Positions 8,379 to 15,700 of a stretch of 64,000 nucleotides of DNA are shown here, in pieces. The DNA comes from Planctomycetota bacterium. GTDB taxonomy: Bacteria; Planctomycetota; PLA2; JAEUHO01. The stretch lies in NCBI GenBank assembly GCA_050248855.1, contig JBFWRP010000019.1, forward strand, positions 1 through 64,000, in the 5' to 3' direction. The notes under the pieces are model-generated. The model was given only the letters and a program-made list of their open reading frames with translations. It made no database searches and was not told the DNA's origin. How positions within the stretch are numbered: position 1 is the first letter of the stretch; the number at the start of each line of letters is the position of its first letter. Position numbers and translations under genes: made by a program.

Positions 8379-11300
8379 CTATGGGCGCGCCGCGTGTTGC
8401 CGTCGGTAGCGCCGCGCCTTCGCCTCGCCCGTCGTCTCGATCAGGCCGCGGTCGGCCAGCAGGTTCAGCTCGCGGTTCACGGTGCGGTGGGCAAGGCCCA
8501 GTCGATCGGCCAGCTCCGCCGCCGACCACCAGCCGGTGCGCATCGCGTCCAGGAGGGCTTGGGCGCGTGGGGCCACGTGGGTGGGCCGGCTGGCGCGCCG
8601 TCGGGCCTCGCGACGACCGTCCAACGCCTGGCGGATCGTCGCTGCGGGGATCTCGGGGTCGTCGCAGAGCAACGCCGAGGCACGGAGGATGTTCTCCAGC
8701 TCACGCACGTTGCCGGGCCAGTCGTAGGCGACGAGGGCGGCCAGGGCCTCCGGGTGGAGGACGCGGTCCGAAGCGTGGCGGGCCAGGAGGTGGCTGGCGA
8801 GGAGCGGGACGTCCTCCATGCGTTCGCGCAGGGGCGGCAGCTGCAGCGTGACCGCGGCCAGGCGGTGGTAGAGGTCCTCGCGGAAGCGGCCTGTGCGTCG
8901 CGCCGTCTCCAGGTCGCGGTTGGTGGCCGCGACGACCCGCACGCTGACGTCGCGGCTGGCCACGCTGCCGACCGGTCGGACCACGCCGTCCTGCAGCACG
9001 CGGAGCAGGGCCACCTGCAGCTCGGGCGACGCCTCGCCCAGCTCGTCCAGGAACAGCGTGCCGCGGTGCGCACGCTCGAACAGCCCCTTGTGGTTGCGTA
9101 CGGCGCCGCTGAACGCGCCCCGGACGTGACCGAAGAGCTCCGAGAGCAGCGTGTCGCCGCGCAACGTGGCGCACGAAGCAGCCACGAACGGTCGCTGCGC
9201 CCGACCGCTGGTCAGGTGGATCGCGCGCGCCACGACCTCCTTGCCCGTGCCGGTTTCGCCGAGCAGGAGGACGGGCACGTCGCCGCGCGCGACGCGCCAG
9301 ACGTCGCCCATGACGCGTCGCCAGGCGCCGCTGTTGCCGACGATGCCCTGCAGCGGGCGGAGCGCTGCCCGGGTGTCGGGGGCACCCGTGGTGGGAGGCC
9401 GGGCATCGGTCAACCCGACATGATCGGGCTCGGCCAGTCGCTCGCGCAGGAAGCCGAGCACGACGCGCACGGCCTCGACTTCTTCGGGCCGGAACGCCCG
9501 CCCGCGCGCCAAGCAGGCCGTGCCGTCGCCCAACGGGAAGGAGAGCACACCGCCCGGGCGCCGCTGCTCCGGGCGCCAGAACTCCGGTCGCGCGCGCACA
9601 CGCCGAGCGCGGATCTCCCGCTCACGAACCAGGCAGCGCACCGTCCACGTGCTCAACGTGTGGTGCCGCTGGTGCTCCAACGCCCGGTAGCCGCCGCCCT
9701 CGTAGTGCAGCAACACACGCGCTCCCACCATGCGCGCGAGCTCGCGCACGACGCGATCGTGCAGCCCGCGCGCGTCCGACCCGCGCCCCACGGCTACCAA
9801 CGCATCCAGGGCCGCAATCGTCGTCCGCACGCGCGAGCGTCGTCGCCGCGGCGGCAGCTGACGCACCGCAGCCGCCAAAGCACGCACGGGCGTACGCCCG
9901 CCGCGCAGCGGTGGCGAGAACGACCGCAGCACGGCCCGGCAGTGCTCTTCGTACAGCTCCAGCAGCCTCGGCCGCGGTCCCTTGGGCCGATGCGTCAGCT
10001 CCAGCTTGCGCAAGGCGTCATAGCCCCGCCGCGCACGCACTGCGATCCGCGCCGCCCACGCCACGCGCCCTGCCCGCAGCGCAGCAATCGAAGCACACTT
10101 CGCCACCACTACCCGCCGCGCCCAAGCAGTCTCCTCCGCCAGCCTCCTCACCAAGAACCGCGTCATCCGCAGCCCAATCTCCTCCCCCAACATCACCCTC
10201 GCACACAACCGATCCGTGGCGGCGGTGGCAGAAACGCCCAGCCCTTCGGCTGAGAGTGACTTCGCGATTTGTGAACTTCTGACCGCAACAAGTAGCCCAA
10301 CGCAGCTACTTAGTCCGTCTGCAAACGCCGTCTCGTCGCGACTCTCGCGTCTGGCAAGCGTTCCAAGGCTGTACTCCGCGAGCGCGACACGCGCCTTCGA
10401 GCCAGCGATGGCGTGCAACTTCACTGCCCGCCCGAGTTCATTGTGGAGACAGGCTGCAATAACTGCCGAGCAGGCTTCGTCTGCGTGTGGCGCAGCAACT
10501 GAGCTGCGGCGGGAGGTCGGCGTGACCGCGCGCACAAGGTGCGCCTCGGGCAGGTAGGGCGCTCCCGAGCCGATCCAAGTTGTGACCAACTGTCGCGCGG
10601 CCTGCCGGGACAGGCGCCCGCTCGACGACGCGAAGAAGACGACTGCGCCTGTAACCAGCCAGTCGGACAGTAGCCCATCTGCAAGTAGGACGGGTCTCGC
10701 GATCCTCGTCGTCACGCCGATCCCACTCGTGCTCGTGTACTGCTCTACTAGCTTCCGCCGCAAACTTCGGAGGCTAGCCGCTCTCATGGGCAGCCCCGCC
10801 GACCTGGCACGGCGTTCCGCGCGTCTGAGCGACCTCAGGCGCGCGCCGTCTGGGAGGTGCGCCGGGAGGCGCCTCCGCACGACTGCCTCCGCGGCCAGTG
10901 CACGAAGGAGCAGCCCTGGAGGCGAACTGGCGGAGGTCGCGGCCAGCGCAGCCAGCAAGCCCCGGGGTAGTGGGTCATCGGGCCGCCTTGCGTGCGCAAG
11001 TTCACGTGCGACCGAGCCCGCGACGGCTGCGGCACCATGCAATCGGAAGTGCGCAGCTACTAGCTCGCCACGGGCTTGCGATGCGGCGTCATCAGTGCTC
11101 GGCAGGCTTAGAGCACGCTCGATGGTGCAGGTTGAAGTCTCAGGATCTGCGTTGATACCGGACCTGTGAGGAGGTGGCGTCCGTAGGTCAAGACTTGCGG
11201 GCCGGACCGGCCCTGGCAGTGTCCGCAACAGGCGGCGCGTCTGAGGCGACCAGTTGCAGAGTGCTGCCAGTGCCAGAACGAGCGCAAGTTGGTCGCTCTG

Positions 11301-11726
11301 TGTGGAATCGCACTCAATTCCGATCACTCGAGGGAGTGCCAGCCGGCGACGCCGCTGTCGGCATACCGTCAGGAGGAGCGCGCGGAGCGGCCGGGCGGAC
11401 TCTCCGACGTGGAGCACGGCCCGGTGGCTGGCCCTCGACGGTTCGGGGCCAGAACATCGCCACCCTGCAGATCCAGATCGCCCGAGGGAGCGCGGGGGGA
11501 CCGGCTGCGGCCCATCGCGCAGCCGGATGACCAGCAGCGGGCAGACAAATCGGGTAGCGGGCTGCAGCAGCGCCGGAAATCCGGGCTCGTGACGTGCCGT
11601 CCTCATCGCATCGTTAGCGTAGATCGGGCGATGCGAGACAATCAATACTGGCATTGTTAGGTGGGGCTTTGCGCCTCGTCCACTTTTCTCGACGCACGGA
11701 CTTGCGATTTGTGATCGCGTGTCCAA
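8379..11726 (-). CDS. Sigma-54-dependent enhancer-binding protein with long divergent N-terminus, degenerate GAF-like region, AAA+ domain and winged-HTH; true start uncertain
   Basis: GETGTGKEVVARAIH, SELFGHVRGAFSGA, GTLFLDELGE, VRVVAATNRDL, FREDLYHRL, YDWPGNVRELEN; C-term SAAELADRLGLAHRTVNRELNLLADRGLIE. Confidence 0.8.
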   Translation of the reverse strand: MDTRSQIASPCVEKSGRGAKPHLTMPVLIVSHRPIYANDAMRTARHEPGFPALLQPATRFVCPLLVIRLRDGPQPVPPRSLGRSGSAGWRCSGPEPSRASHRAVLHVGESARPLRALLLTVCRQRRRRLALPRVIGIECDSTQSDQLALVLALAALCNWSPQTRRLLRTLPGPVRPASLDLRTPPPHRSGINADPETSTCTIERALSLPSTDDAASQARGELVAAHFRLHGAAAVAGSVARELAHARRPDDPLPRGLLAALAATSASSPPGLLLRALAAEAVVRRRLPAHLPDGARLRSLRRAERRARSAGLPMRAASLRSLRRKLVEQYTSTSGIGVTTRIARPVLLADGLLSDWLVTGAVVFFASSSGRLSRQAARQLVTTWIGSGAPYLPEAHLVRAVTPTSRRSSVAAPHADEACSAVIAACLHNELGRAVKLHAIAGSKARVALAEYSLGTLARRESRDETAFADGLSSCVGLLVAVRSSQIAKSLSAEGLGVSATAATDRLCARVMLGEEIGLRMTRFLVRRLAEETAWARRVVVAKCASIAALRAGRVAWAARIAVRARRGYDALRKLELTHRPKGPRPRLLELYEEHCRAVLRSFSPPLRGGRTPVRALAAAVRQLPPRRRRSRVRTTIAALDALVAVGRGSDARGLHDRVVRELARMVGARVLLHYEGGGYRALEHQRHHTLSTWTVRCLVREREIRARRVRARPEFWRPEQRRPGGVLSFPLGDGTACLARGRAFRPEEVEAVRVVLGFLRERLAEPDHVGLTDARPPTTGAPDTRAALRPLQGIVGNSGAWRRVMGDVWRVARGDVPVLLLGETGTGKEVVARAIHLTSGRAQRPFVAASCATLRGDTLLSELFGHVRGAFSGAVRNHKGLFERAHRGTLFLDELGEASPELQVALLRVLQDGVVRPVGSVASRDVSVRVVAATNRDLETARRTGRFREDLYHRLAAVTLQLPPLRERMEDVPLLASHLLARHASDRVLHPEALAALVAYDWPGNVRELENILRASALLCDDPEIPAATIRQALDGRREARRRASRPTHVAPRAQALLDAMRTGWWSAAELADRLGLAHRTVNRELNLLADRGLIETTGEAKARRYRRQHAARP

Positions 11727-11793
11727 TCATCTGGACGCGCGGCACGGAGTCCTTGAGGGTCATCTCGGGGGGCCCCGCGCTCGGGAGTTCGCC

Positions 11794-12123
11794 ATGAAGT
11801 ACGTCCTGCTCCTCGCGGTTGGCCTCGCCGCTCTCGGCCTCGTAGCCAGCCCGGCTGATTCCAAGGTCATCTCGAACGGTGTCGGCGCGGCCTACGCAGA
11901 AATGGGCCCCGTCGGCATGCTGGAGATCGTCGCGGATCCCGGCCTGCCCTACGCGGCGTGGAACGTGAACGGCGCGCTCGTGGCCTGTGGTGTTCTTGAG
12001 GCCAGGTACACCGCCACCTACGTTCCCGTCGAACCGGGCACGAATGGCTGTCCGCTGAACTTGGTGGTCGGAGACGAGATGCTCCTCGTCATCTCCGACG
12101 ACAACGGCTGGGTTTTCGAGTAG
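11794..12123 (+). CDS. Small secreted protein (109 aa, two Cys), function unknown
   Basis: GGGAG RBS, ATG, signal peptide MKYVLLLAVGLAALGLVASPADS; codons mostly G/C-ending. Confidence 0.7.
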   Translation: MKYVLLLAVGLAALGLVASPADSKVISNGVGAAYAEMGPVGMLEIVADPGLPYAAWNVNGALVACGVLEARYTATYVPVEPGTNGCPLNLVVGDEMLLVISDDNGWVFE

Positions 12124-12723
12124 CTCGACCCCACTACGCGAACGACGCTTAGCGTGGCCGCGTCGTGCACTCCGTGGAGTGTGCGACGCGGCCTCGTTTT
12201 CGTTCTAGCCCGGATCACCCGTAACGGGGAGTGAGCGGGGACTCTGTTTGCCAGCAGGAGTGTGTTCAACGGCACATCGAACGTAGGCGCCAATGCGCGC
12301 ATCAAGCGTTTCTACACGATGGGCCGCCGTCTTCGAGGAGGGGTTCTCCTAACGCGTCGACGTGCTCTTCGACGCCGAAGAACAAACCTCGGACGCGGGC
12401 ATCGTCCAGATGGCGGAGCCCGACTGGATCCTGGGGTTAAGTGACGATCTCGCGTGAAGTACGTCCTGGATCTCTGGAGTAACCAGAAGTTGGGCTAGTG
12501 GGTGGTGCGGCCCCTGTCCACCGCGCAGCGGCAGGGCCGAGCGGGTCAACGCCGAGAAGCACTACTAGGTGAAGCCCTGGTAGCGCCCGCGCCGCGTGAT
12601 CCTCAATGCGGAGGCCATCCCGTGCCGCCGGTTGCGCGATGAAGAGCAACCCCGACTCGTGGTGACGAACCTCCTGCCCACGGACCGCCAGCGTGGGCCA
12701 TCCGGGCTCGGGTGCCCACCTCC

Positions 12724-15700
12724 TTAGGTACCCCTCCGCCTGATGCAGTCTTCGATGACCCCGTCAATGGTCTGCAGGGGAAACGGCTTGGCGAGGAGCG
12801 CGCGAGCACCGACGTTCCTCACGCCGGCGTCTTCCAGGTAGGAGGCGCGTCCCGTCATCAAGACTACATCTAGGCCTGGATGCAGCGACAGCGCCTGTCT
12901 ACAGAGCTCGATGCCACTCATCCCAACCATCGAAATGTCGGTGATCAGTAGATCGGGCGGATCGCCGGAGGCTAGCTGCTCCACCACCTGTGGCGCAGAA
13001 CTCGCGGCAGAGACATCGTGTCCAACTTGCTCCAAGTACCTCCGCAGCGGTTCGCGGACGTTCTCATCGTCATCGACAACGATGATGCGGAGCGCCCGCT
13101 TGGCCTCTGTAACCGCGTAATCCGGTCGCTCAGTAGGCGTGTGCGATACGGCAGAGTAGTGGGGTAGGACTACACGCATCACCGTGCCCGACGGACTCGT
13201 GCGGAGAACGCTGAGGCTTCCCGAATGCCGCTCCATGATCTGGGCCGACAGAGGTAGTCCAAGACCTGATCCCCGGTCCCCCTTCGTTGTGTAGAACGGG
13301 TCGAACACCCGTGGGAGTACCTCGGGGGGAATCCCAGGTCCGTTATCTTCGACCTCAATCGAGACGTGAGGCCATTCCAAGTGCGTTCGAATCTCGATCC
13401 GTCCCTCGTCGCCGCAGGCGTCGAGTGCGTTCTTGAGTAGGTTCGTCACGACCTCCCTAAGTTCGGTGGCCGATCCAAGCGACTCCAGCCCATCCTGGGT
13501 GAGAACACGAACATTCACACGCCGGGCAGGTCCAGCACCTGTCCACAGAGGACGCAGGAACTCGACGGCCTCGTCGACGATGCTCGTCACATTGACGCGC
13601 ACAAAGCCGCGCTCACGCTGGCGACGCGTGAAGGTTTGTAGCCGTTGAACGATTTCAGCCGCATCAAGTGCGGCGCGTTCAACCAGGAGCAGCTCACGCT
13701 GAACGTGTGAATCGAGTTGCCGCTCCATTCGAAGCAGCTGCATGCGCGAGAGGATTCCAGTCAGAAGGTTGTTGAACTCATGTGCCACGCCGCTGCTTAG
13801 CTCACCCAACGTCCGGAGCCTCTCGCCACGGATCAGGCGGTCCTGTGCGCTGCGGAGCTCCTCCATGCTCTGCTTCAGTTCGAACATGAGTAGTCGCGAT
13901 TCGAGGCGACCGGCCACCTGCTCCGCGAACAAGCTCAGGATCTCCAAGTCCACTTGGTCGAACGAGGCGGCGGCCGATGAGACGTCTGCGTACACGACGC
14001 CATAGAACTTCTCGTGGCGCAGCATCGGCGCACAGATGATGGAGCGAAGTGCTAGTCGCGTGATGCTCGGCCGCTGCATGAGTTCTTCGTCACCAAAGAC
14101 GTCGTGCAGTATCAGTGGCCTGCGGAGTTCCATCGCCCGCCTGACGACCGTCTGAGAGACGGTAGGGTCGAGGCCTCGCGCGCGCGCGGCATCGCTCATT
14201 GCGGTCGATACAACCTGCGTCCCATCAGGCAACTTACGGACGACAAGGGCGCGCTCGCAGCCCGTCATCTCGACGGTTAGTTGCGAGACCTTCCTGGTCA
14301 GCTCGTTCAGATCTCCAGTGGCGTCCAGATCGGACGTCGCTTGCAGTACGTGTCGGAGGGCGTTCGTCAAGCGCCCGTCACTCGAATTCGAGGTGCCTAC
14401 GCTACTAATCAGCCGGTGAGCATAGGCCTGCAGTGCCGCGATGGAGTAGTGAATGAGGGTGGCGTCAGATCCGCCTGCGAGGCTCGCGCGCGCCACGGCG
14501 TACTCCCGCGGCAGTCTCCACCCCTGCGCTCGCGAGTCCTGCCGGCCGAGCAACTCGGCCAAGCCCCCCACAGCGTCGCTGAAGTTGCGTATGCGGTCGC
14601 TCTTGACGCAGTTCGTCAAGGTCGAGCGCAGGGCGGTTGCGCGAAGGTGAATCAACTGCTCGCCACTATGCCGCGAGTAGCGAGCCACCATGTCGAGGGC
14701 CGAGTGCCATTTCGCAATGTCCCTCGACCTCGCGTCCGCAGCGAACTTGAGTACGAGCTCGAATGCAGCGCGGCGAAGCGGGCCTGAGGCTCCCCGATGC
14801 ATCTCTGGCCCCGGGAGCATCATGCCCAAGATCCGGGCCATTCTTTCGGGCGACGCGCCGCGCAACCTCGCTCGACGCGCCACCAAGTAGAGCCTGTAGG
14901 CGGCCCGGTCCCTACTTGCCCCCACCTGCGGACGAGAGCAGTACAGCATCCGTCCTCCGCCGCTCTCGCGCAACTCCGCAAGGAGAGCTGCCATCGGAGA
15001 AGCCAAGGCGCCTCGAGTGCCCTCCGACTCGGGACTCAGGAGTGCTGTCGAGGCTGATGCTAGCCGAGCGCGCCCGAGATGGAGTACGACCTGCCTGAGC
15101 GTGGCTGGGCGCTGCCGTCGGTGTTCGCTGAGTCCGGGCCCCTCCCGTCCGAGTGATCCGATAAGCCGGAGTAGCTCGCAAGCGCGCTGGTATCGTCCTC
15201 TTGCTGCACAGAGCGGTGCCAAGAGGTGGGCGGTGAATGCCGTTCTGTAGGCGCTCCGGCTTGCCTCGGCAGCCGCCATGGCGCGCTCGAAAGTTTGATC
15301 TGCCAGTGCACAGCTGAGTTGTTGGTCGTACACCTCGCCGAGCATGGAGAGCATCGCGGACACCATCTCTGCGTTGCCGTGTCGTAGAGCAGTGGAACTT
15401 GCACGCTGCAAGAGAGCGCTGCAGGCCGTCCCCTCTCCGCCGATGAAAAGTACGCGCGCCAGATTGTAGGACGTAGCGAGGATCCCCTTGACGTTGGACG
15501 ATGCGACGCGCAGATCGAGCGCTTTCGACAGCGTCTCGATTGCGCGAGTGCTCTCGCCGCTCTCTTGTAGAGCCGCGCCAAGGTTGTTCATCAGCCGCGC
15601 GCGCAGGTCTGCTGCGTTGCTTGGCGCATCCGCGAGTGCGCGCTCGAGGAGCTTCGAGGCCCACGGGGCATGGCCGTGCATCATCAGAGCTTGTGCATGA

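Noticed and set aside
11640..11760. Sigma-54 promoter for the small secreted gene (GGCACGGAGTCCTTG)
   Set aside because: GG-N10-GC spacing not satisfied
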